64,000 nt of DNA from assembly GCA_963768425.1 (NCBI GenBank), contig CAVYHV010000014.1:64001-128000 (forward strand), given 5' to 3'. The position numbers were made by a program, and so were the translations under genes. How positions within the stretch are numbered: position 1 is the stretch's first letter; each line of letters starts with the position of its first letter. Below, piece after piece: positions 38,511 to 48,090 of this stretch. Source of the DNA: Candidatus Bathyarchaeota archaeon. Its GTDB lineage: Archaea > Thermoproteota > Bathyarchaeia > Bathyarchaeales > Bathycorpusculaceae. The notes under the pieces are model-generated. The model ran no database searches. It worked only from the letters and a program-made list of their open reading frames with translations, and had not been told where the DNA came from.

Positions 38511-38600
38511 AGTCAAAAAAAGTCAAGGAAAGTCAAAATAAGTCAATAAAAGTTAAAATAAGTCATAAAAAGTCAAAATAAGTCAAGAAAAGTTAGAAAC
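38511..38600. repeat. Degenerate 10-bp tandem repeat AGTCAAAATA x9
   Basis: agtcaaaaaa agtcaaggaa agtcaaaata agtcaataaa agttaaaata agtcataaaa agtcaaaata agtcaagaaa agttagaaac. Confidence 0.95.
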
Positions 38601-38626
38601 GATGATTAACTGAGCAAAAAAGTTTT

Positions 38627-39400
38627 TTAGGAGTCCAAGAGACTTTGCAGCAGCTTGATGGCTGACCATGCTGCCAGGGCGCTGGTATGGGGGTTGTCTG
38701 GGTGAGGGTCGTTTGCAAAACGCAGAAACATCTCACCGAACCGCCAGCTAACCTGGATTTCATGCGTGTTCCGCTTAACAGAGGGATCAGAGACTACGCG
38801 AACTTTTACTCTGACAGGCTTGACCGTCAATGCCAAAGTTGCAGCGACATTCATCTCCCGCGGAAACAGCTTCACAGCCTCCTCCGCGTACCCTTCGTAA
38901 ACAACAGCCTCAACCTTGTTGTCCTTGCTAAGAGCATTTGGGTTTTTGCGAGAAGTCAAAGTTACCTCATCGATCCCCGCCAGGGAGGCGCTGGAAAGAG
39001 CGTCCAACCCGCCGATAGCTCCAGAAGGGACATGAACCCGCCCTAAATCAAATTCCAACCCAAGCAGTGCACCGGTGCTCATCACGATGACCTCGGCGCC
39101 TGAAGAAGCAATCTTCGGTACAAAATCCCGAGCAGCCTTCTGCGACGCGGCTTCCACAACGACTTTAGGCTTTTTGGCGAGAAGTTCATCCACGCTCTTT
39201 ACAATTGTGACGGGAAACTTTAGGGCACCCATGAGTTTCTGCGCTTTCGAGTCGTCGATGTCGTAGACAAAAAGTTCGTCGCACACAACGAGTTTGCGCT
39301 CGATTGCTTCAGCTAAAACTGTGCCGATTGCGCCACACCCGATTAAACCAACCTTCTTTTTTGCTTTGCCACTCACGGTTTGTGCCTTCATGTTTCCCAT
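38627..39400 (-). CDS. nadX: L-aspartate dehydrogenase
   Basis: GLIGCGAIG, VVEAAS, PSGAIGGLD, FP..MNVAATL, NPHTS.LAA. Confidence 0.9.
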   Translation of the reverse strand: MGNMKAQTVSGKAKKKVGLIGCGAIGTVLAEAIERKLVVCDELFVYDIDDSKAQKLMGALKFPVTIVKSVDELLAKKPKVVVEAASQKAARDFVPKIASSGAEVIVMSTGALLGLEFDLGRVHVPSGAIGGLDALSSASLAGIDEVTLTSRKNPNALSKDNKVEAVVYEGYAEEAVKLFPREMNVAATLALTVKPVRVKVRVVSDPSVKRNTHEIQVSWRFGEMFLRFANDPHPDNPHTSALAAWSAIKLLQSLLDS

Positions 39401-39474
39401 TTTGCTTCTAGACGTTAAAGTTGACGGTAGGAAAACTAAAATACCTCCTAAAAACATTATCCCCTAAAGAAAAG

Positions 39475-39564
39475 TTCTCGGGGAGCTGGGAAAGACCCGG
39501 CTGAGAGGACGGCTATTTGCTGTCGACCCTTAGAACCTGAACCAGGTAATGCTGGCGGAGGGAA
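39475..39564 (+). ncRNA. TPP (thi-box) riboswitch
   Basis: GGGGAGC...GCTGAGA...GACCC..GAACCTGAACCAGGTAATGCTGGCGGAGGGAA matches the canonical aptamer; sits directly before a thiamine-related operon. Confidence 0.92.
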
Positions 39565-39567
39565 AAA

Positions 39568-40113
39568 ATGAACGCAAATATATTGAATGTAGCCGATAAA
39601 AACCAGATTTCTCAAACAAAAAGATTGTCATTAACAGGAGTTATGGCGGCGCTAATCGCTGTAACAACTATTATTGCAATACCTTTGCCACCTCCTCTTT
39701 CAACCATCAACTTGGCGCCTGTAATCATATTCACAGTATGCATACTTCTTGGACCATGGGTAGGCTTCACTTGTACTGTGATTGGGTGCGGCATCGGCTA
39801 TTTGGCTGGAACAAGTCTTGGAACTATAATTGTCCCACCCGGATTCCTGTACATCTACCTGGTCGGATTAGTAGCTGCACGAGGTCCAATGGCATTAGCT
39901 GTCGGTGGATTAAGAAAGAAAAGTGAGCCCGCAGGCATGGTTCTGGGAGTTGTCATTGAGACAATGATTTTCTTCAGTATTGACTTCATTCTATTCGGGC
40001 TTGGATTCGCGTTATTTGATCTAGGAACCTTTGTTGACTTAGTATTTGTACCCATAACTGTCGCGGTTCTTATTGCCATTAGAAGAATTTTCGATACCAA
40101 GTACCTATCCTAG
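39568..40113 (+). CDS. ECF transporter S component (probably thiamine/precursor)
   Basis: GVMAALIAVTT, INLAPVIIF..LLGPW.G, ~6 TM; first gene under the TPP riboswitch. Confidence 0.8.
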   Translation: MNANILNVADKNQISQTKRLSLTGVMAALIAVTTIIAIPLPPPLSTINLAPVIIFTVCILLGPWVGFTCTVIGCGIGYLAGTSLGTIIVPPGFLYIYLVGLVAARGPMALAVGGLRKKSEPAGMVLGVVIETMIFFSIDFILFGLGFALFDLGTFVDLVFVPITVAVLIAIRRIFDTKYLS

Positions 40114-40123
40114 ATGACAAAAA

Positions 40124-40801
40124 ATGGGCAGCAACACACGTTTTAAACAGGAACAAACAGCTAAAGATTATGAATCATATTATGAAACAAAATATAGAAA
40201 CGTCGACTTGCTTGAGAAGAAACTGATAAAGCAACTTTTTGAGCAGTTTCCTGAAGCAAAGAATGTTTTGGAAGTAGGTTGTGGAACCGGGCATTTTACT
40301 ATGTGGATAAAATCTTCTCTTCTCATAGAATCCATCGGCATCGACACATCAAAAGCCATGCTTAAAGAGGCAAAAATTCGTTGGCCTCAAGGCCCTTTGC
40401 TTCAAGGAGAAGCTACTCGATTACCGTTTATGGATAAATCCGTAGATGTTGTGGCGTTCATAACAAGCTTAGAATTCATCCAAGATGCCGTTGGAGCTCT
40501 TGAGGAAGCAGCGAGGGTAGCAAAGATCGGAATAAATCTGGGTCTTATGAATAAGAACAGCATAGGCACGTTGAAAAAAAGGTTTCAGGCTGCAACTCTA
40601 AAAGACTCATTCTATAGGCAAGCAAAATTTTATTCAGCTTCAGATATAGAAAAAATGTTGGAAAACATTCTTGCAAAAAAACATAATATTGCATTTTGCC
40701 GTACCACGGTTTTTCCTAAACCGTTCAGTGACAAGGAGTCCTCGATTTTCTTGTTCGGTGGGTTTCTTGGAATAGCAATAAAAATAGGGGATACCCCATG
40801 A
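40124..40801 (+). CDS. Class I SAM-dependent methyltransferase (Methyltransf_11)
   Basis: LEVGCGTG, GIDTS..ML, LPF.DKS.D. Confidence 0.85.
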   Translation: MGSNTRFKQEQTAKDYESYYETKYRNVDLLEKKLIKQLFEQFPEAKNVLEVGCGTGHFTMWIKSSLLIESIGIDTSKAMLKEAKIRWPQGPLLQGEATRLPFMDKSVDVVAFITSLEFIQDAVGALEEAARVAKIGINLGLMNKNSIGTLKKRFQAATLKDSFYRQAKFYSASDIEKMLENILAKKHNIAFCRTTVFPKPFSDKESSIFLFGGFLGIAIKIGDTP

Positions 40802-41850
40802 GTAAGACTGGAAAATTTCCTTATGACTTAATCGAGAAACTCATTTACCCTAAACTGGGCGCAGAGAGGGCGGAAGTGCTTATTGGTCCAGGTGCAGGCC
40901 GCGACAACGCAATAATCAGCTTAAAAGGAGGTCAAGTGTTAATAGCAACCGCTGATCCGCTGTCAGTCATACCTGCGTTGGGAGTTAAGGACTCAGCGTA
41001 CATCTCGGTCCATTTGCTTGCATCAGACTTAGTGACTTGCGGTTTTGCCCCGCAGTTTTTTATGGTTAACCTTAACTTACCCCCTGAAATGAGCGACAAA
41101 GACTTTGAAACATACTGGAAAACTATAGATGAAGAATGCAGAAAACTCGACGTCGCCATCGTCGGAGGGCACACAGGCAGATATCCAGGGTCAAGCTACA
41201 CAGTTGTCGGCGGAGGCGTAATGATGACGATTGCGCCTGAAAAACAATACGTTGCGAGCACTATGGCAAAACCTGGCGACCTGATAATAATGACCAAAGG
41301 AGTTGCAATAGCTACAACCGGGATACTTTCAAGAGTCTTTCCAAAAACAGTTGAAAAACGATACGGTAGCTCATTTCTGACTAAGGCTCAGCAATACCTT
41401 GGTTATTTTAGTGTGGTTGAGGATGCGTTAAGTGCGGCTTCAGCAGGTTTAAGGGATCGCGGGGTTACAGCCATGCATGACGTCACAGAAGGCGGATTAC
41501 TAGGAGCACTATACGAGTTTTCTGAGGCATCCAAAACAGGCTTAGAGGTAGACCTTTCTAAAGTTATAGTCACTGAGGAAACAAACGGGATTTGTCAACT
41601 GTTCAAGATTTCTCCTTACTCATCCCTAAGCGAAGGAACGCTTATCCTAACTGTTAAACCCGAAAAAGTCTCCGCCGTTCAGCAAGCATTAGATTTGAAT
41701 GGGATAAAAAACTCCGTGATCGGAAAAATGACTAACGCAAGGGATGGCAGATGGATTAAATCGGCAGATCAACGGGAGACTTTGCGTAAACCTGACTCTG
41801 ACCCTTATTGGGAAGCGTATCGCAAAGCAAGTAGTGAGGGTTGGAAATGA
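40798..41850 (+). CDS. AIR synthase/PurM-superfamily ATP-dependent protein (HypE/ThiL-like fold)
   Basis: GPGAGRD, ADP, VGGHTG, MHDVTEGG. Confidence 0.85.
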   Translation: MSKTGKFPYDLIEKLIYPKLGAERAEVLIGPGAGRDNAIISLKGGQVLIATADPLSVIPALGVKDSAYISVHLLASDLVTCGFAPQFFMVNLNLPPEMSDKDFETYWKTIDEECRKLDVAIVGGHTGRYPGSSYTVVGGGVMMTIAPEKQYVASTMAKPGDLIIMTKGVAIATTGILSRVFPKTVEKRYGSSFLTKAQQYLGYFSVVEDALSAASAGLRDRGVTAMHDVTEGGLLGALYEFSEASKTGLEVDLSKVIVTEETNGICQLFKISPYSSLSEGTLILTVKPEKVSAVQQALDLNGIKNSVIGKMTNARDGRWIKSADQRETLRKPDSDPYWEAYRKASSEGWK

Positions 41851-42485
41851 AAAATCGTCATAAGCTTGCGGGTCTGTATCTTGTTGTCTCTCCAATTTTG
41901 CCTGATGAACAACTGTTGATTGCTGTTGAGAAGGCGTTGGACGGAGGAGTTGACATTCTGCAGTTTTCAGCTAGCAAAGAGAGTGTGGAGATGAGTATTT
42001 TAGCGAATGGACTTTCCGGTTTAGCAAGAAAGCATGGAATCCCGTTTATTGTTAACAATAACTTGGAGTTAGCTAGAGAAGTTAAAGCGGAGGGTGTTCA
42101 CTTGGACACTTTTGAGGTTTTTCCGGCCGAAGTTCGATCCCTACTCGGGGACGAATCAATAGTTGGTTACACTGTGAACTTTAATTTAGAAAAAACCAAA
42201 TTGGCGGAAAAAGTAAACGCAGATTACGTATCATTTTGCTCAGTTTTTCACCAATGCCCCGGTAACCAATGCCCAATAGTGCCAATTGACAAAATAAAAG
42301 AGGTAACATCAAGCACAAAGCTTTCGGTCTTCGCTGCAGGCGGAATAAACCTTGAAAACATCCTTTTGGTTCTTCAAGCGGGAGTCGACGGAGTTGCAGT
42401 AACAACTGCCATCCTTAAATCAAAAGACCCCCAGCAGACCGCGAAAGACCTCAAACAAGTTATAACTGAATATGGAAAAAATTAG
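41841..42485 (+). CDS. thiE: Thiamine-phosphate synthase family protein (divergent)
   Basis: ALDGGVDILQ, GVHL, ADYV, AAGGI..EN...V..AG.DGVAV. Confidence 0.8.
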   Translation: MEMKNRHKLAGLYLVVSPILPDEQLLIAVEKALDGGVDILQFSASKESVEMSILANGLSGLARKHGIPFIVNNNLELAREVKAEGVHLDTFEVFPAEVRSLLGDESIVGYTVNFNLEKTKLAEKVNADYVSFCSVFHQCPGNQCPIVPIDKIKEVTSSTKLSVFAAGGINLENILLVLQAGVDGVAVTTAILKSKDPQQTAKDLKQVITEYGKN

Positions 42486-42510
42486 TTTGAAAAGATTGCT
42501 CAGTGCGTAT

Positions 42511-43389
42511 TTATTTTTTAAGCTCGGACAGAACAAAGTTGACTATCTCTTCGGCTATGTTGATTTTGGCAACCACCTGCAGACCCTTCCAGCCTGGCTG
42601 ACTATTCACATCTACGATTCGCGGTCCATCAGGTCCTTCAAGGATGTCTACTCCAGCAATTTTGCAACCCACAGCTCGTGCTGACTTTATGGCTAAGTCT
42701 TCGAATTCCTTGCTGATTTCAGCCGGTGCAGGTTTGGCTCCTCTGCTGTAATTGGTTTTCCAGCCTTCTGCCACACGCCTCATAGATGAAACGACTTGGT
42801 CGCCAATTACGAAAGCTCGTATGTCAGAGTGCCCGTGGGGTACGAATTCCTGCATGTAAATGACTCCGTGGTGGAAGGTGATGGCTTTGAAAATGGTGTC
42901 GGCGATGTCTATGTCGTTTATCCGTGTTGCGCCTTGTCCGCGTGATCCAAAAATCGGTTTAACCACTATGTCGCCGCCCAACTCATCGAATGCTTTTAGG
43001 GCTTCGTTAACGCTTTCCGTGGCTAAAGTGCGTGGGACTGGAACCCCGATGTCCTCCAGGAGCGCAAGGATGTCGTATTTGTCTACACAATGCTCTATAG
43101 CTGTTGGCGGGTTGACCATGTAGAAGCCTTGGCGTTCAAGCTTGTAGAGCATGTCCATTCGGAAAACGAGTTCTTCTAGTGAGCCGCGTCCGATGGGTCG
43201 GATGATGAGTGCGTCTAAATCATCCAGCAGGCTTGTGTTGTTGGCTTTGAAGTATGGTTTGTACGCGAGCCTTGCGACGAGCCGTGGAAAAGTGAAGCAT
43301 TCATACTGGATGCCTCGCTTAATTAATGCTTCCCGAACTTGGCTGCTGCTCCATGCTTCCGGGTTCCGAGTCATTATCCCAAATTTCAA
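42511..43389 (-). CDS. RimK-family ATP-grasp alpha-L-glutamate ligase (MptN/CofF-like)
   Basis: KPIFGSRGQG, QEFV, DIRAFV, WKTNYSRG, AGVDIL, DVNSQPGW. Confidence 0.88.
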   Translation of the reverse strand: MKFGIMTRNPEAWSSSQVREALIKRGIQYECFTFPRLVARLAYKPYFKANNTSLLDDLDALIIRPIGRGSLEELVFRMDMLYKLERQGFYMVNPPTAIEHCVDKYDILALLEDIGVPVPRTLATESVNEALKAFDELGGDIVVKPIFGSRGQGATRINDIDIADTIFKAITFHHGVIYMQEFVPHGHSDIRAFVIGDQVVSSMRRVAEGWKTNYSRGAKPAPAEISKEFEDLAIKSARAVGCKIAGVDILEGPDGPRIVDVNSQPGWKGLQVVAKINIAEEIVNFVLSELKK

Positions 43390-43477
43390 TGTAAATCTAA
43401 TCCTTATTTAGCTCTACTGAAAATGCTAAATGCCTTGCGCTCTTAAAGTTTCTGTGACCAAAGTCGGAAGAACACAG

Positions 43478-43978
43478 TTAATTGCCAAACTTGTCGTGGA
43501 AAAAAAGGCTGATCTTTTCTTTGTTCAAGCCGATCAAGTCGCCTATAAATGCACCTGAAGTCATGCAGATAATCAGGGTTGTTATGGCAAAGAAATAGTC
43601 TCCAACCGAACCAGCAAGTGTCGTCCAAAGACCTGTTAGCTGTGAAAGAAGGATGATTGCTGCCCATATTCCAAAGCCGAGGATGCAGGCTCCGATAAAA
43701 AGAAATGTGGCCCTGTCCGAGTTTTTCAGCAGGGATGGTTTGAATCTCAGGTAGTATGCAAAACCTATGATGAACAGAACGCTTGCCAGTAAAAGACCGA
43801 TTCCAGCTAAGACAACTTTCATCAGGTACCCATAAACTGAGCCGAAAACAACCATCATTAAAGTTAGTGTTAACCAGTAGGTTTTGCTTGACGTGATGCT
43901 TACATGTTTAGGTGCAAGCTTGTTTTTAGATTTCAACTTGACTTTTTTAGGCTGTTTCTTTGGGTAATTTTTTGTCAT
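43478..43978 (-). CDS. 4-TM membrane protein
   Basis: Basic N-terminus and four hydrophobic segments. Confidence 0.7.
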   Translation of the reverse strand: MTKNYPKKQPKKVKLKSKNKLAPKHVSITSSKTYWLTLTLMMVVFGSVYGYLMKVVLAGIGLLLASVLFIIGFAYYLRFKPSLLKNSDRATFLFIGACILGFGIWAAIILLSQLTGLWTTLAGSVGDYFFAITTLIICMTSGAFIGDLIGLNKEKISLFFHDKFGN

Positions 43979-44308
43979 TGACTTTAAGTCAACTATTTGA
44001 TAGCTTATTAATTTTTCAAAATAAAGGGTACTTTTTCAGGGTAAACTTCCCTTTACGCACTATACACTGAATTGCCCAGGCGTTCCAACATTTTTTATAA
44101 CAAAAGTTAGCTAATGTTCTTAACACTTCTACTTTGCAACTGATAAGTTGTCACAACAAACTCCGCTCTCGAGATCAACATTCCTTAACCGCAGCATCCA
44201 ACGGCTATTGCTTTGGCGGCATTATTTGTTGATAATGAACGGGAACAATGAAATAAACGTCCATTCGATATCCACGTAGTTTTCCTTTTGGACTAATTTG
44301 CCTTCTCA

Positions 44309-46267
44309 CTATTTTACGCGTTCAAGTCGCAGAGAATTAAGCAAAAGAAGCATCGTGACTCCATCATCGCCTGCAATAACGGTTGCAAGCAATCCAGTCA
44401 CTCCGAGGACGCCTAATGCTCCTAAAATGAGTTTTATTACTAGGGAAGCGGCTATGTTTTGTCTGGCTATCCCCATTGTTTTGTCGCTGAGCCCAATCAA
44501 GTATGGGATTTGGGCCAGCTCGTCTTTTACCAGCACAATGTCCGCTGATTCCAACGCAACGTCGACCCCGGCTGCTCCCATTGCTATGCCGACGTCTGAA
44601 ACGGCCAGTGCGGGAGCATCGTTGACTCCGTCGCCGACCATCGCCACAAGCCCGTCTTTTCCCTTCATTTCCTCGATGCACTTGAGTTTGTCCTCAGGAA
44701 ACAGCTCAGCGTACACTTCGTCGATTTTCAGGGTTGCCCCAGTTTCTTTGGCGATTTCCGTTCGGTCGCCAGTAAGCATCGCTGTTTTTATGCCTTTTTT
44801 CTTTAAGTCGCTAACGGCTTTTAATGCATCTTCCCGCACCTGATCGATTACGCAGACCGTAGCTAACCCTTCTTTTCCGACGGCGACGCAGACTGAAGTA
44901 TGGGTGTCCGCCTCGTCTATTGCCATGGCTTCTTCGCAGTTACAGTCAAATTGTTTCATGAGTTCTGGGTTTCCGACTGCTACAAAGTTGCCGTTGACGC
45001 TTCCGATTATACCTTTGCCAGCGACCTCTGTGACGTCTGTGACTTTGTACTTGCTAAGGTCTATACCTCGCTCTGTTGCACGCCTCACTATGGCTTGGGC
45101 GACGGGATGATTAGAGAATTGGTCAAGCGCAGCTGCAAGTGCCAACGCTTCCAGCTCGGTTCTATGCGCCAGTCTAACTTCGTGGACAGAGGGTCTTCCC
45201 AGCGTTAAAGTTCCGGTTTTGTCGAAGACTACCCGTTTGACTTTGGCGAGTTTTTCCACGTAGATTCCGCCTTTGATGAGTACACCTCTTCGGGCAGCAA
45301 TAGTAATTGCTACGAAGACGGTTGCGGGAACCGAGATTATAAAGGCGCTTGGGCAAGAAACCACGATGAGGATAAGAGATCGGTAAAGCCAAGTGTTGAA
45401 GGACGCGTTGAAAACCAGTGTCGGCACCACAGCGGTTACTGCCGCAATTGCGATGACAATTGGAACGTAAATTTTTGCGAATCGGTCAACAAGCTTTTCT
45501 ATGGATGCCTTCCTCTTGCCGGATTCGGATACAAGGACCATGATTCTTGAAACAAGGGTTTCGCTTGCCTTTTTAGTAACCGCGATTTTTAGGACGCCGC
45601 TCATGTTTAAGGTGCCAGCGTAGACGCAATCATCGATTTTTTTGGTAACGGGTACGGATTCACCTGTTACCAGTGCTTGGTCCACATGCGAAAAACCTTC
45701 TGTCACGTTTCCGTCTAAGGGGATGCGTTCGCCGGGTCTTACCAGCAGGATCATGTTGGGTTGGACTTCGTTGACGCCGACGGTTTTTTCGGATCCGTCT
45801 ACTATGATTCGGGCGCGGTCAGGCATAAACTTTGACAGTTTTTCCACCGTTCGTCGTGCCCTGTCTTCGATGTAACCTTCAAGGTATTCGGCGATGGAGT
45901 AAAGAAAAAGCACTGTTGCTGCTTCAAAAAATGCGTGCAAATATAGGGCGCCAAGAGCCGCAACTGCCATTAGGAATTCCACGGAGAACCTTTTTTCCAC
46001 AAAAAGTTCTTTCAGTCCGACAAGGCCAATGTAGATTGAGGCGAAGAGAACTACGACGTAGTAGAGTATGATGCTTAAGCTGGCTTTGACACTAACGAGG
46101 GGGATTGTGAAGTTAAGGGGCACACCTTTGAAGATAAGATCTAGCAAGCCGCCTATGGTTATGGTTATGCCCAACAGAACGGCGAAAGTAACAATCACTT
46201 GTTTGCTCTTGGGTTGTACCTCTTTTTGCTCCTGTTTTTCAACGCAGGTTTTATCCTCAAAAGTCAT
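44309..46267 (-). CDS. Heavy-metal P1B-type ATPase (Zn/Cd-like)
   Basis: TGES, CPS in the metal-binding TM, DKTGT, HP, TGD, GDGVNDAP. Confidence 0.92.
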   Translation of the reverse strand: MTFEDKTCVEKQEQKEVQPKSKQVIVTFAVLLGITITIGGLLDLIFKGVPLNFTIPLVSVKASLSIILYYVVVLFASIYIGLVGLKELFVEKRFSVEFLMAVAALGALYLHAFFEAATVLFLYSIAEYLEGYIEDRARRTVEKLSKFMPDRARIIVDGSEKTVGVNEVQPNMILLVRPGERIPLDGNVTEGFSHVDQALVTGESVPVTKKIDDCVYAGTLNMSGVLKIAVTKKASETLVSRIMVLVSESGKRKASIEKLVDRFAKIYVPIVIAIAAVTAVVPTLVFNASFNTWLYRSLILIVVSCPSAFIISVPATVFVAITIAARRGVLIKGGIYVEKLAKVKRVVFDKTGTLTLGRPSVHEVRLAHRTELEALALAAALDQFSNHPVAQAIVRRATERGIDLSKYKVTDVTEVAGKGIIGSVNGNFVAVGNPELMKQFDCNCEEAMAIDEADTHTSVCVAVGKEGLATVCVIDQVREDALKAVSDLKKKGIKTAMLTGDRTEIAKETGATLKIDEVYAELFPEDKLKCIEEMKGKDGLVAMVGDGVNDAPALAVSDVGIAMGAAGVDVALESADIVLVKDELAQIPYLIGLSDKTMGIARQNIAASLVIKLILGALGVLGVTGLLATVIAGDDGVTMLLLLNSLRLERVK

Positions 46268-46350
46268 CGTTTACCAATAAAAAGAAAAACAAAGAGCAAA
46301 TATTAAGATGCTTGTGAAAAAAACGGTGCTTCTTAATAAAACACCTGCAG

Positions 46351-47336
46351 TTAAGGAAGGAATTGCTGGTAAACTGGGTGCGCTTTGAATCGCAAAGTAG
46401 TTTCTGATCGCTCTATGGTTCCGCTTGGCAAACGCATGCAAATTGAGTTAACAACCGCGCCGTCAGGAAGGATTCTAACACCGTCTAAGAGTTCGCCTTT
46501 CGTGACACCAGAAGCGGCAAACACCAGTTCTTTGCCTTTTGCTAATTCATCCTGATTGTATGTTTTTTTCACGTTAACGCCTGTTTTTCTTAAGCGGTCT
46601 AGGCGTTCGGCGTCGTCTTTTTTGTCCTGCCAGACTTTGGCAAGCATAGTCCCGCCCAAAATTTTTACGGCTGTCGCAGCGATCGTTGCTTCAGGTCCCG
46701 CGCCTGCCCCTATTAGCATGTCTACTCCACTATTCGGCTGACAACATACAACAGCGGCTGCAATGTCACCGTCTGGGATAAGCAATATACGCACACCAAG
46801 TTTTCGGAGTTTAGCAAGGATTTCGTTGTGTCGTTCGCGCTCAAGCATAATGACGGTGAATTTTGCCAGAGGCAAGCCTTTTTCTTTGGCCACTGTTCGT
46901 ACGAGTTCTTCAATGGACATCTCCATGGATATTTTTCCCATCGCGCAACTGTCCGCGGCGATTTTGAAGTAGTAACCATCGTCGGGTAAAACTTGGAAGC
47001 ATCCTGCGGGTGCGCAAGCCAATGCGGAGATCGCGTCTTTTCTGCCTTTGCTTGCTGCTGTTGTACCGTCAACTGGATCAACGATAAATTCAACTTTGGG
47101 TCCCAGCCTGTTCCCACTTTTTCGCGTCTTTCAAACGAGGGCGCGTGGTCTTTGGGTCCTTCACAGCAGATTACTTCGCCTTCTACATCTGTTTGAGCAA
47201 GGACAGCTCGTGAAAACTCCACGGCCTTCGCGTCAATTAAATCGCAGTCGCCTTGACCGACATGCAAAGCCGCACCGACGGCGGCTGCAACGGTTATTCT
47301 TGTTAAAGATGGGGCTAAAGCTCTAAGAGAAACCAT
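46351..47336 (-). CDS. glpX: Class II fructose-1,6-bisphosphatase GlpX, one frameshift near 47100
   Basis: EGPKDHAP then, in another frame, IVDPVDGT; DGDI, GPEATIAA, ASGVTKGELL.GV. Confidence 0.85.
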
Positions 47337-47547
47337 GTTTACTCCTCATAGGGTTCTTTGGTTATCTCGTTGACGATTAACCAATATATGTTTTGCTCCA
47401 AAACCGTTTGCTCTAAAGAAGACATTGCAGCGTTTTAGAAGAATTCAAGTTGGAACACGTTTACCTGTTTAGTTCGTTTGCAGTCAAGTAGAGTATTCGA
47501 AACGTTTGGGGCAATCGTTAAATTGCGCTTTTTTGATTGCTTTTTCA

Positions 47548-47967
47548 ATGTCAAACAATCAGGAAATTCGAGGTAACACGCTCAAGGCGTACCTGTACCT
47601 TCTTAAACATGGTCCATGCGAGTTGCGGGAAGTTCAACGGGGACTCGACTTGTCTTCTGCGTCCCTGGCGTCTTATCATCTTGGGAAACTAATTGAAGTC
47701 AACTACGTAAAACAGGATGAGCAAGGAAAATACTTCGCTGTCAAAGACGCATCCGTAAAAGTCCTCGAAGGTTATTCCAAAGTCGGCCCGACACTTGTGC
47801 CGCAACTTTTCTTCTTCTCGCTACTCTTCACCATCTTAGCTGCAGTCTTTTCCTTCGAAGCGATCTACGGCTCAGGTTTCACTTTATGGCTTGTAGTTCT
47901 CAGTGTCACCATGGTTGCTGCATTCTGGTATGAAACCCTAATCCTCTGGCGAAGACTAACAGCTTAA
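47548..47967 (+). CDS. Winged-HTH regulator with two C-terminal TM helices
   Basis: REVQRGLDLSSASLASYHLGKL + hydrophobic C-terminus. Confidence 0.8.
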   Translation: MSNNQEIRGNTLKAYLYLLKHGPCELREVQRGLDLSSASLASYHLGKLIEVNYVKQDEQGKYFAVKDASVKVLEGYSKVGPTLVPQLFFFSLLFTILAAVFSFEAIYGSGFTLWLVVLSVTMVAAFWYETLILWRRLTA

Positions 47968-48090
47968 CTAAGCGGCTTTCAACGCTTTTTAATCGCATTA
48001 AAGACTTTTGAAAGCGCGTTAAACAGAGCTTAAAGAACTTTAAAAAATATAGGTTATTATCGTAACTTGCTTACTCTTCCTCGATGAAAA

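Noticed and set aside
38511-38600. CRISPR array
   Set aside because: 10-bp contiguous units with no unique spacers and no cas genes in the window
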